From Betaproteobacteria bacterium (GTDB taxonomy: Bacteria; Pseudomonadota; Gammaproteobacteria; Burkholderiales; Casimicrobiaceae), in contig VBDA01000152.1 of assembly GCA_005883655.1 (NCBI GenBank), positions 1-30,526 of the forward strand: a stretch of DNA of 30,526 nucleotides. Reading direction: 5' to 3'. The stretch's first letter is position 1, and every line of letters begins with the position of its first letter. A program made the translations under genes and the position numbers. Shown here piece after piece: positions 20,676 through 29,495 of the stretch. The notes below the pieces were generated by a model. It was not told where the DNA came from. It made no database searches and was given only the letters and a program-made list of their open reading frames with translations.

Positions 20676-22825
20676 TCACTCCGGGCTCTTCCTTTCAGCC
20701 AGCAGGTCGAGCAGCTCCTGCTGCGCCGACCTGGCCCGACCGCGCGGCCTGCCGCGCTGGTAGCAGCCGTCCTCGCCGAGCTCCCACGCGTCGCGGGTGT
20801 CGGTAAGGTAGGGCTTGAGTCCTTCGGCGATGACGCGCGCCTTGAGTTCAGGGTCGAGTACCGGGAACGCAACTTCAATGCGGCGGAACAGATTTCGGCC
20901 CATCCAGTCCGCGCTGGCGAGATAGACGTCCTGTTTCCCGTCGTTCTCGAAATACCATATGCGGTGATGCTCGAGAAATCTGCCGATGATGGAGCGCACG
21001 CGAATACGATCCGAAACCCCTTTGACCCCCGGACGCAAGCTGCAAGCGCCGCGGACTATCAGATCGATCTCGACACCTGCCTGTGACGCCGCGTAAAGCG
21101 CTTTTATCACCGCTTCCTCGACCAGCGCATTCATCTTGGCGATGATATGCGCCCGCTTGCCTTCTTTGGCATGCTTGAGCTCGCGACGTATGGATTCCAG
21201 AACGTGCCGATGCATGGTGAACGGCGCCAGCCAGATCCGTTTCAGCTTGTTGGCCTTGGCGAGGCTGGTGATGTGTAGGAATACCTCGTCGACGTCGGCG
21301 CAGATCTCGGCGTTGCTGGTGAGCAGTCCGAAATCGGTGTACTGCCGCGTGGTGCGCGGGTGGTAGTTGCCGGTCCCCAGGTGTGCATAGGGCTGTAGCT
21401 TAGATTTCCCCGAGGCGTCATTTTCCCGGCGCAGCAGCAAAGCCATCTTGGCATGCGTCTTCAGACCGAAGACACCGTAGACGACCTGCGCGCCTGCCTG
21501 CTCGAGGCGCTCCGCCCAGTTGATGTTGGCCTCCTCATCGAAGCGCGCAAGCAGCTCGACCACCACGGTAACTTCCTTGCCCCGCCGTGCCGCTTCGATT
21601 AGAGCCTCCATCAGCACCGAGTTGACGCCGGTGCGGTAGACCGTTTGCTTGATGGCCAGCACATCGGGGTCCTCGACCGCTTTAGATGCAGGAGCACGTC
21701 ACGCTGACGGATCACGGCGAGGATGTCGGTCTGGTCGGTCAGGCGAGCGGGCACTCCTTGCAGAAACGCCGGATATTTGTACTCGTCGAGATCGGCCTCG
21801 TCGACGAGCGCGGCCATCCGCGCCAGATTAACCGGGCCGTCGCACCGGTACAGATCGAATTCCTGCAACTCGAATTGATGCAGCAACAGCTGCGCCAGAT
21901 GTTGTGGGCAGCCCGCGGCGACTTCGAGCCGCACCGCGAGACCGAACTGACGCTGCGGAAGTTCTCCCTGCAGCGCCTGGCGCAGATTCTTGACCTCCTC
22001 CTCGTCGAACCATAGGTCGGCGTCGCGGGTGACTCGAAATTGCGAATAATTGATGACTTCGCGACCCGCGAACAATTCGTTCAAATGCGCGTGGATGATC
22101 GACGACAGCAGAACGAAAGTGTTCGTCGTCGCCACATCCGGCGACAACTGGATCACCCGCGGCAGCACGCGCGGCGCCTTGACGATGGCGATCGAGGTGT
22201 CGCGACCGAACGCGTCGCGGCCCGACAGCTCGACAATGAAGTTGAGGCTCTTGTTGACGACTTGGGGAAAAGGATGGGCGGGGTCGAGTCCGATCGGCGT
22301 CAACAGCGGCTTCACTTCGCGCCTGAAATACTCGGTCACCCACTGTCGCTGCGCTTCATTGCGGTCCACGTTGCGCAAGAGCCGGATCCCAGCGGCAGCC
22401 AGCGCCGGGAGGACCTGGCCGTTGAGCGTGCGGTACTTCTCGGCAACCAGCGTTTGCGCCTCTTCGCTGATGCGGTTGAAGATCACGCGCATCTCATGCA
22501 GCGTCATTCCGGGCGCCGGCGCCTTGGCGCGAAGCTGCTCGCGCAGGCCAGCGACCCGTATTTCGAAAAATTCATCGAGATTGCTGCTGACGATGCAAAG
22601 GAAGCGCAGACGCTCCAGCAAAGGAACGCCCGGGTCTTGAGCAAGTGCCAACACCCGCCGGTTGAAAGCAAGCAGCGAGAGCTCGCGATTGATCAGCGGA
22701 GGATCGCGGGCCTTCATGGGATCTTCGGGTGCAGCGGCAATGGATACGGGTGCGACCAGCGGACCAGCAAGCTGATCATTAGGCCCGACGTTTGCGACAG
22801 CGATGTTACGAAGGCTGCTGGTCAT
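20676..22825 (-). pseudogene. ppk1: Polyphosphate kinase 1 with a frameshifting deletion near 21684
   Basis: INRELSLLAFNRRVL, SSNLDEFFEIRVAGL, LTPIGLDPAHPFP, then RDVLLH followed by a frame change to EDPDVLAIKQTVYRT, ELLARFDEEANI, GLKTHAK, HLGTGNY, GRFLEH, SADWMGRN. The conserved HPY-SF segment is missing. ATG 22825 overlaps the dnaQ stop (ATGA); ATG 22717 is an alternative start. Confidence 0.92.
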
Positions 22826-23523
22826 GTCGTCAGCGTAATCCACAGACATACCCCGCGGCATTCGCGCTGCAGTTCGGCGAGATAGGACCGATGCAGCTCC
22901 AGCTCGTCGGCTGAAGGCATCACCACGCGGACCGCGGCAAGCGTTTCCGCGGCCAGCATGCCGTCGATGATTGCCATGGGGACCGCGATATCGATCGTCA
23001 GCGATTCCTGTCCGCGGGTCATCGCGAGATAGACCTCGGCCAGAAGCTGGGCGTCGAGCATCGCGCCGTGCAGGGTCCGATGGGCATTCGCGACCCCGAA
23101 GCGTTCGCACAGCGCGTCGAGATTGTTCTTCTTGCCAGGAAAATGCTCGCGCGCCAGCGCAAGCGTATCGATGACGTCGGCGGCAATGGCGGCGACGGAC
23201 GGCAGACTTACCCGCTTCAGCTCTTCGTCGAGGAAAGCGATGTCGAACGGGGCGTTGTGGATGATCCACTCGGCGCCTTGCGCAAACTCGACAAATTCGT
23301 TCACGACATCGGCGAACTTCGCCTTGTCGCGCAGCATTTCCCAGGTGAGACCGTGAACATCGGTTGCACCGGAGTCGATCTCCCGCTCGGGGTTAAGGTA
23401 AAAGTGAATATGTCGACCGGTCGGCCGGCGGTTAACGAATTCGACGCCGGCGACCTCGATGATCCGGTGGCCCTGCTTGGGGTCCAGCCCGGTCGTCTCG
23501 GTGTCTAGAACGATCTGGCGCAT
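22822..23523 (-). CDS. dnaQ: DNA polymerase III epsilon subunit
   Basis: ExoI VLDTETTG, ExoII IHNAPFD, ExoIII HGAMLDAQLLAEVYLAMTRGQ. Confidence 0.96.
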   Translation of the reverse strand: MRQIVLDTETTGLDPKQGHRIIEVAGVEFVNRRPTGRHIHFYLNPEREIDSGATDVHGLTWEMLRDKAKFADVVNEFVEFAQGAEWIIHNAPFDIAFLDEELKRVSLPSVAAIAADVIDTLALAREHFPGKKNNLDALCERFGVANAHRTLHGAMLDAQLLAEVYLAMTRGQESLTIDIAVPMAIIDGMLAAETLAAVRVVMPSADELELHRSYLAELQRECRGVCLWITLTT

Positions 23524-23533
23524 CTAGGGCCTG

Positions 23534-24454
23534 TCAAGTCTTGTAACGCTTGATCGTTGCTTGGATTTCCGCAATTGCTCGCTCGATTTCGTCGTCGGTG
23601 AGATCCCGCTGTGCCCCCTTGCGGTCAGTCAGGGTCAGCGTGCGATCGATCTCGGTCTGGAACTGGCCCAAGCTCATCGTCTCGGTGATGGTCGTTGTCG
23701 GCTCGTCGGTCAGCGTTTCCGGGCCCCAGCGCACCACAATCAGCGACAGGTTATCGCCGTCGGAGCCGCCGCGCGCCTCGGCCTCGCGCATCAGCGCGGG
23801 CGACGACTTGAGAATCGGAGTGCCGGTCAGCGCACGTCCCATCTCTTCTTGAGGATAGACGCTCCATAGACCGTCGGTACACATCACGATAAGGTCGCCG
23901 TTGCGCAGCGGGGTGCGTCGCGAGAGATCGATGACCGGATCGACAAGTCCGCCCAAGCAGCTGAAGATCTTGTTGCGATCGGGATGATCGGCGACCTCAT
24001 GTGCGCCGATAATGCCCTGATCGAGAAGATACTGGACCTTGGAGTGGTCCTTGGTACGGCCGATCAGTCCGCCCTGCCGGAAAAGATACAGGCGCGAATC
24101 GCCGACATGCGCCCAATACGCATAGTTGGACTGAACGATGCACGCCACGAAAGTCGTTCGCGGCGTCTCCAGCATCGAGAACTGGCTGGCATAAGATCCC
24201 AAGGCCTGATGAGCGCGCACCATCGAATCCTGGAGGAACTTGAGCGGATTTTTGAGTGTCGGTTTCGATTCCTGCTGGAAGCGCTCGATGAACAGCCGGA
24301 CCGCGATCTGGGCGGCGATTTCACCACCTGCATGGCCGCCCATGCCGTCAGCGACCACCAGCAGCAGCGTGTCGCGGCTGTACGTGTACGCGAGGCGGTC
24401 CTGGTTGACCTTGCGTTGACCCTTTCGGCTTTCCTGAAAAATCGTAAAGCGCAC
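23534..24454 (-). CDS. PP2C/PPM-family Ser/Thr protein phosphatase with a C-terminal extension
   Basis: NQD, VADGMGGHAGGEIA, HVGDSRLY, CTDGLW, GDNLS. Confidence 0.93.
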   Translation of the reverse strand: MRFTIFQESRKGQRKVNQDRLAYTYSRDTLLLVVADGMGGHAGGEIAAQIAVRLFIERFQQESKPTLKNPLKFLQDSMVRAHQALGSYASQFSMLETPRTTFVACIVQSNYAYWAHVGDSRLYLFRQGGLIGRTKDHSKVQYLLDQGIIGAHEVADHPDRNKIFSCLGGLVDPVIDLSRRTPLRNGDLIVMCTDGLWSVYPQEEMGRALTGTPILKSSPALMREAEARGGSDGDNLSLIVVRWGPETLTDEPTTTITETMSLGQFQTEIDRTLTLTDRKGAQRDLTDDEIERAIAEIQATIKRYKT

Positions 24455-24461
24455 GCGCCAC

Positions 24462-25397
24462 CTACGTTATTTCGCTGAAAAGCCGCTTCTTGATCGTGTC
24501 CAGGAACGTGAGCTTGCGCTTCCGCGGCGCGATGTCGCGAATGGCTTTTTGCAGCGCGAACACACTTTGCGGGCGTTCGAGCGGGTCGAGACGAAGGCAC
24601 CAGTCGATCACCTCCAGCACATTGTCGGAGTACGCGCCGGCCCAGATTTTCTTCGCCGAAACGAGATGATCTTCCGCCAGCCGCGCGTCGGCGGCTTGCG
24701 GCGCGAAAGCTGCGAGGCAGGCAAACATGCTCGCGCCAATGCCGTAGACGTCGGTCCACGGTCCGAGCCTCTCCGGATCGCGATATTGTTCCGGCGCCGC
24801 GAACCCGGGCGTATACATCGGCGCGAGCTTGGGGCGCGCCGATGTCAGCGTCTGCCGCGCGGCGCCGAAATCGAGCAGCACCGGCGTGCCGTCGGTGCGC
24901 AGGTACACGTTTGCCGGTTTGATGTCGAGATGCAGCAGCTTGTGAGTGTGCACTTCGCGCAAGCCGTTCAACAGGTGCATGAACACGTGCCGCACGAGCC
25001 GTTCCGACATCTGATCCTGACGAAGCTGGATCTGCTGCTGCAGCGTGCGGCCGCGCTCATAGCGCATCACCATATAGACGGTTTCGTTGGCGCGGAAGAA
25101 GTTGAGCACTCGCACAACGTTCGGATGGTTGATCTTGGCGAGCGCGCGGCCTTCCTCGAAAAAGCATTTCATTCCATATCGGAACGAGGTCAGGTTTTCC
25201 GCCGAACTTGCGCGCACGATGTCGCCTTCGGTGCGCAACACCAGCGATGCCGGCAGGTATTCCTTGATCGCCACCGGGGCGCCGGTGTCGTCGAATGCGC
25301 GATAAACGATCGAGAAGCCACCACGGCTGATCTGGCGATCGACTCGATAGTTGAGCAACTGGTAACCGGTGGGAAGTGCCTGATTGGTGACGCCCAT
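24462..25397 (-). CDS. Soluble Hanks-type Ser/Thr protein kinase
   Basis: SRGGFSIVY, VAIKE, HLDIKPAN, LLDFG, GFAAPEQ, WTDVYGIG. No TM segment. Confidence 0.95.
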   Translation of the reverse strand: MGVTNQALPTGYQLLNYRVDRQISRGGFSIVYRAFDDTGAPVAIKEYLPASLVLRTEGDIVRASSAENLTSFRYGMKCFFEEGRALAKINHPNVVRVLNFFRANETVYMVMRYERGRTLQQQIQLRQDQMSERLVRHVFMHLLNGLREVHTHKLLHLDIKPANVYLRTDGTPVLLDFGAARQTLTSARPKLAPMYTPGFAAPEQYRDPERLGPWTDVYGIGASMFACLAAFAPQAADARLAEDHLVSAKKIWAGAYSDNVLEVIDWCLRLDPLERPQSVFALQKAIRDIAPRKRKLTFLDTIKKRLFSEIT

Positions 25398-25424
25398 GGG
25401 CCGGCGGCGAAAGCCGCTTTAGAC

Positions 25425-25453
25425 TTGCGTGTGAAATGGATAAGCTCTACATT
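25425..25453 (+). promoter_or_regulatory. Sigma70-like promoter for yicC-gmk-rpoZ-spoT
   Basis: TTGCGT-N17-TACATT. Confidence 0.55.
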
Positions 25454-25563
25454 CTCGGCAACCCCGGCGATAAAGTAAAGATTTCATTGGTCGGACGTGC
25501 ACAACGTGTGCGCAACATGTGCGCCGGAGTCAGACGATTTCAACGCCGGAAGCGACCACCCCC

Positions 25564-26430
25564 ATGATATTGAGCATGACCGGCTTCGCGGCGGTCGCCG
25601 CCGAGCTGCCCGGCTGTTCGCTGACTGTGGAGTTGCGCTCGGTCAACCATCGCTATCTCGATCTACAGATCCGCCTGCCTGATGAGCTGCGTTCAATCGA
25701 ATCGGCGGTTCGAGATGTCCTCACTCTCCAATTGAAACGCGGCAAGGTCGATTGCAGGGTCGCGTTGAATCGTTCCGCACCCGGCACGACCGAGCTTGCT
25801 GTCAACGTAGAACGGGTAATCCAACTGCGTGACGCGGCAGACGAAGTGCTGCGTCACGCGCCGGATAGTATTCCACTGTCGATCGTCGAAGTCCTGCGAT
25901 GGCCGGGTGTGCTCACTGAGCCGTCTCTGGGCGCCGAAGCGCTGACTGACAAGGCACTGGCGTTGGTCAGGCAGGCGCTCGGCGATCTCGCGGCGTCGCG
26001 GTCGCGCGAGGGTGTGCAGCTGAAGCTTGCGCTCGAGGAGCGCTGTCATGGCATCGAGTTGCAGCTCGAACGCGTGGCGCCACGGGTATCGGTCATTCAC
26101 GAAGCCTATGTCGAGAAGCTTGGTGCGCGGCTCAAGGAAGCGGGGCTCGATCCGGATAACGACCGCCTGAAGCAGGAGCTTGCGCTGTTTGCGACCAAGA
26201 TCGACATTGCCGAGGAAGTCTCGCGCCTCGCAACCCACGTCGCCGAAGTGAGGCGCGTATTGGCGCATGGTGGGAGCAGCGGCAAGCGCCTCGACTTTCT
26301 GATGCAGGAGCTCAACCGTGAAGCCAATACACTTGGCTCCAAGTCCGTCGACGCAGAACTGTCTCATGCGGCGCTCGAGATCAAGGTGCTGATCGAACAA
26401 ATGCGCGAGCAGGTGCAGAACATAGAATGA
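25564..26430 (+). CDS. yicC: YicC/YloC-family endoribonuclease
   Basis: MILSMTGFA, ELRSVNHRYLD, KRGKVD, DIAEEVSRL, GKRLDFLMQELNREANTLGSK, EQMREQVQNIE. Confidence 0.95.
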   Translation: MILSMTGFAAVAAELPGCSLTVELRSVNHRYLDLQIRLPDELRSIESAVRDVLTLQLKRGKVDCRVALNRSAPGTTELAVNVERVIQLRDAADEVLRHAPDSIPLSIVEVLRWPGVLTEPSLGAEALTDKALALVRQALGDLAASRSREGVQLKLALEERCHGIELQLERVAPRVSVIHEAYVEKLGARLKEAGLDPDNDRLKQELALFATKIDIAEEVSRLATHVAEVRRVLAHGGSSGKRLDFLMQELNREANTLGSKSVDAELSHAALEIKVLIEQMREQVQNIE

Positions 26431-26453
26431 GGGATCGAGTGAGCTTGTCGCGC

Positions 26454-27071
26454 ATGAGCGTTCCGGAAGGCAATCTCTTCGTGATCGCCGCGCCATCGGG
26501 CGGCGGCAAGACTAGCCTGACTCGCGCGTTGCTCGAGCGCGAACCGGGCATTCGCCTGTCGGTGTCCTACACGACGCGACCACCGCGGACCGGCGAGCAG
26601 GACGGCGTCGATTACCACTTCGTCTCGGCCGAGCGCTTTGCCGTGCTCAAGGACGGCAACGAATTTCTGGAGCACGCGCATGTGCACGGTAATTGGTACG
26701 CGACCTCGGGGACGTGGCTCAAGTCGCAGGTAAGCGCCGGCCAAGACGTGTTGCTGGAGATCGATTGGCAAGGCGCAGCGCAGGTGCGGGTACTGATCCC
26801 CGAATCGGTGCATATCTTCATCCTTCCGCCGTCGCTCGAATCGCTGGAAGAAAGACTGGTGCGGCGGGGGCAGGACGACGCCGCGACCATCGCTCGCCGG
26901 CTCGATGCAGCGCGAGAGGAAATTCGTCATTGTGTGGAGTTCAACTATGTTATTATTAATCAGGACTTTGCCTCGGCTGTCGACGACTTGACCGCGGTCG
27001 TGCGAGCGACCCGCCTGCGCACCGCACAACAACTTGCCCGGCACCAGCCGCTGATTGCCCAACTGACGTAG
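26454..27071 (+). CDS. gmk: Guanylate kinase
   Basis: [41 protein letters not shown]. Confidence 0.97.
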   Translation: MSVPEGNLFVIAAPSGGGKTSLTRALLEREPGIRLSVSYTTRPPRTGEQDGVDYHFVSAERFAVLKDGNEFLEHAHVHGNWYATSGTWLKSQVSAGQDVLLEIDWQGAAQVRVLIPESVHIFILPPSLESLEERLVRRGQDDAATIARRLDAAREEIRHCVEFNYVIINQDFASAVDDLTAVVRATRLRTAQQLARHQPLIAQLT

Positions 27072-27079
27072 GAAGAACC

Positions 27080-27292
27080 ATGGCCCGCATCACGATCGAA
27101 GATTGTTTGACCAAGATACCCAATCGTTTTGAGCTGACGCTCGCCGCGACCAATCGCGCGCGCCAGATCAGCGCTGGCTCACAACCATTGGTCGATAGCG
27201 ACCGCGACAAGCCAACGGTCATTGCCCTGCGCGAAGTCGCCGCCGGAAAAGTCGGCATCGAGATGTTGCTCAAGCCGCCCAGCACGGTCTGA
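27080..27292 (+). CDS. rpoZ: RNA polymerase omega subunit
   Basis: [28 protein letters not shown]...KPTVIALRE. Confidence 0.98.
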   Translation: MARITIEDCLTKIPNRFELTLAATNRARQISAGSQPLVDSDRDKPTVIALREVAAGKVGIEMLLKPPSTV

Positions 27293-27332
27293 CGGTCAGC
27301 CGCTAGCAGACCCTTGGGTGGGATCGCCAAAC

Positions 27333-29471
27333 ATGTCGGAAATCGCCGAATTCACCCGACATCTTGGCCACTACCTGCCACCTCCTGACGTCGCGCTGGT
27401 CGAGCGCGCGTTTGCCTTTTCCGAACAGGCGCATCAGGGCCAGTTTCGAAAATCCGGCGAACCTTATATCACCCATCCACTGGCGGTAGCCAGCATCCTG
27501 TCGCAGTGGCGGCTTGATGCGCAGGGGCTCGCCGCAGCGCTCCTCCACGACGTCATGGAGGACACCAACGTCACCAAGACCGAGATCGAGTCCTCGTTCG
27601 GCAAGCCCGTTGCCGATATGGTCGACGGAGTCTCCAAGCTCGACCAGATCGAGTTTGAATCCCGCGAGGATGCGCAAGCCGAGAACTTCCGCAAGATGCT
27701 GCTCGCAATGGCGCAGGACGTACGCGTCATCCTCATCAAGCTCGCCGACCGCCTGCACAACATGCGCACCCTCGATGCAATGGCGCCAACCCATCGCGAG
27801 CGGATCGCCCGCGAGACGCTGGATATTTACGCGCCAATCGCCAATCGCCTTGGGCTGAACGCGCTTTATCTCGACTTGCAGGAACTCTCGTTTAAGCACT
27901 TGTACCCGATGCGTTACCGCGTGCTCGCGAGAGCGATCAAATCGGCGCGCGGCAATCGGCGCGAGGTAATGAACCGCATTTTGCAATCGATCCGCGAAGG
28001 GTTGAAGCTGGCATCGATATCTGCCACCGCTACCGGGCGGGAAAAAACCGCATACAGCGTGTACAAGAAAATGCGCGAGAAGCGCTACTCGTTCTCGCAG
28101 GTGTTCGACATCTACGGCGTGCGAATCCTGGTCAAGGACGTCACCGCGTGTTACGCTGCGCTGGGTGTACTGCACAGCCAGTACAAGCCGATCCCGGGCA
28201 AGTTCAAGGACTACATCGCAATCCCGAAGGCCAACGGCTACCAATCGCTGCACACCACCCTTTTCGGACCCTTCGGCACGCCCCTCGAGGCGCAGATTCG
28301 CACTCAGGACATGCATCGCATTGCCGAGGCCGGCGTCGCCGCGCATTGGCTCTACAAGGCCGGCGGCGAGCTCGACATCGCCGAGGCGCAGCAACAGACG
28401 CATCGCTGGCTGCAGAGCCTGCTCGAGATTCAATCCGAGTCGCGCGATTCCAAGGAATTTCTGGAGCACATCAAGGGCGACCTCTTCCCGGAGGAAATCT
28501 ACGTCTTTACTCCCAAGGGGAAGATCATGGCGCTCCCGCGAGGCGCGACCGCGGTCGATTTCGCATACGCAGTACACACCGACATCGGCCACCATTGCAC
28601 TTCGGCGAGAATCAACTACGAGCTGATGCCGCTGCGAACAGAGCTCAAGAGCGGCGATCAGGTCGAGATCATGACATCGCCGACCGCGCGTCCCAACCCG
28701 TCTTGGCTCAACTTCGTCGGCACCGGCAAGGCGCGCTCGCGAATCCGGCACTTCCTTAAATCGCTGCAACAGCGTGAGTCGGCGGTGCTCGGCGAGCGCA
28801 TGCTCGAGCAGGCGCTGGCGTCGCTGAAAGTGCCATCGGAATCGGTCACCTGGGAGCGCTGGGAAGCGCTCGGACGGGAATACGGCGCCAAGAGCCGGCT
28901 CGACATCCTGGCTGATATTGGTTTGGGCAAGCGGCTGTCGTTTGTCGTCGCGCAGGCACTAACTCGCGCGTCCAGTCGGGCCGGAGCCGCCGGGGAAGAC
29001 CCGATAGCAGCTCCGGCGAAGCCGGAAGCCTTGCAGTTGCGCGGCGTCGAAGGCGTTGCCATACAGTATGGGAAGTGTTGCCGACCCATCCCGGGTGATG
29101 CCATTTTTGGCCAGTTCCGGCGCGGCCAGGGACTTCTAGTCCACACGCGCGAGTGCCAAACACTGAAAAAAAGCCGGGTCGACAGCGATCAGATAGTCGA
29201 CGTCGAGTGGGCGCCCGATATTCAGGGCGTCTTCGAGGCCGGCATCCGGCTGCTGGTCGCCGACGAGCGCGGGCTGTTGGCCAGGCTCGCGACCGAGATT
29301 TCAGACGCCGGCGCCAACATCGCGTATGTGTCCATGGAACGTCCGGACGGCGATGAGGTGGTCGCGATGTTCTTTAGCCTGCAGGTGCGGGATCGGCAGC
29401 ACCTCGCCAACGTGATGAGGGCCCTGCGGCGAATACCGGAAGTCAGGCGCGTGCAGCGCGCGAGAACATAA
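27333..29471 (+). CDS. spoT: Bifunctional (p)ppGpp synthetase/hydrolase
   Basis: Hydrolase RKSGEPYITHP and LLHDVMED intact; IKLADRLHNMRT; synthetase KDYIAIPKANGYQSLHT, EAQIRT; TGS, CC and ACT domains. ATG 27333 preferred. Confidence 0.97.
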   Translation: MSEIAEFTRHLGHYLPPPDVALVERAFAFSEQAHQGQFRKSGEPYITHPLAVASILSQWRLDAQGLAAALLHDVMEDTNVTKTEIESSFGKPVADMVDGVSKLDQIEFESREDAQAENFRKMLLAMAQDVRVILIKLADRLHNMRTLDAMAPTHRERIARETLDIYAPIANRLGLNALYLDLQELSFKHLYPMRYRVLARAIKSARGNRREVMNRILQSIREGLKLASISATATGREKTAYSVYKKMREKRYSFSQVFDIYGVRILVKDVTACYAALGVLHSQYKPIPGKFKDYIAIPKANGYQSLHTTLFGPFGTPLEAQIRTQDMHRIAEAGVAAHWLYKAGGELDIAEAQQQTHRWLQSLLEIQSESRDSKEFLEHIKGDLFPEEIYVFTPKGKIMALPRGATAVDFAYAVHTDIGHHCTSARINYELMPLRTELKSGDQVEIMTSPTARPNPSWLNFVGTGKARSRIRHFLKSLQQRESAVLGERMLEQALASLKVPSESVTWERWEALGREYGAKSRLDILADIGLGKRLSFVVAQALTRASSRAGAAGEDPIAAPAKPEALQLRGVEGVAIQYGKCCRPIPGDAIFGQFRRGQGLLVHTRECQTLKKSRVDSDQIVDVEWAPDIQGVFEAGIRLLVADERGLLARLATEISDAGANIAYVSMERPDGDEVVAMFFSLQVRDRQHLANVMRALRRIPEVRRVQRART

Positions 29472-29495
29472 CGGGAGACAATGACTTCCGATTTC

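Noticed and set aside
22826-23269. 148-aa N-terminal extension of the ppk1 ORF in the track
   Set aside because: It overlaps dnaQ in another frame. The ATGA-coupled start at 22825 is more plausible.
25404-25420. GCGGC-GAAA-GCCGC hairpin followed by TTT, as a terminator
   Set aside because: It has a 5-bp stem and only three T, and lies between divergent starts. It may affect kinase translation initiation, but support is too weak.
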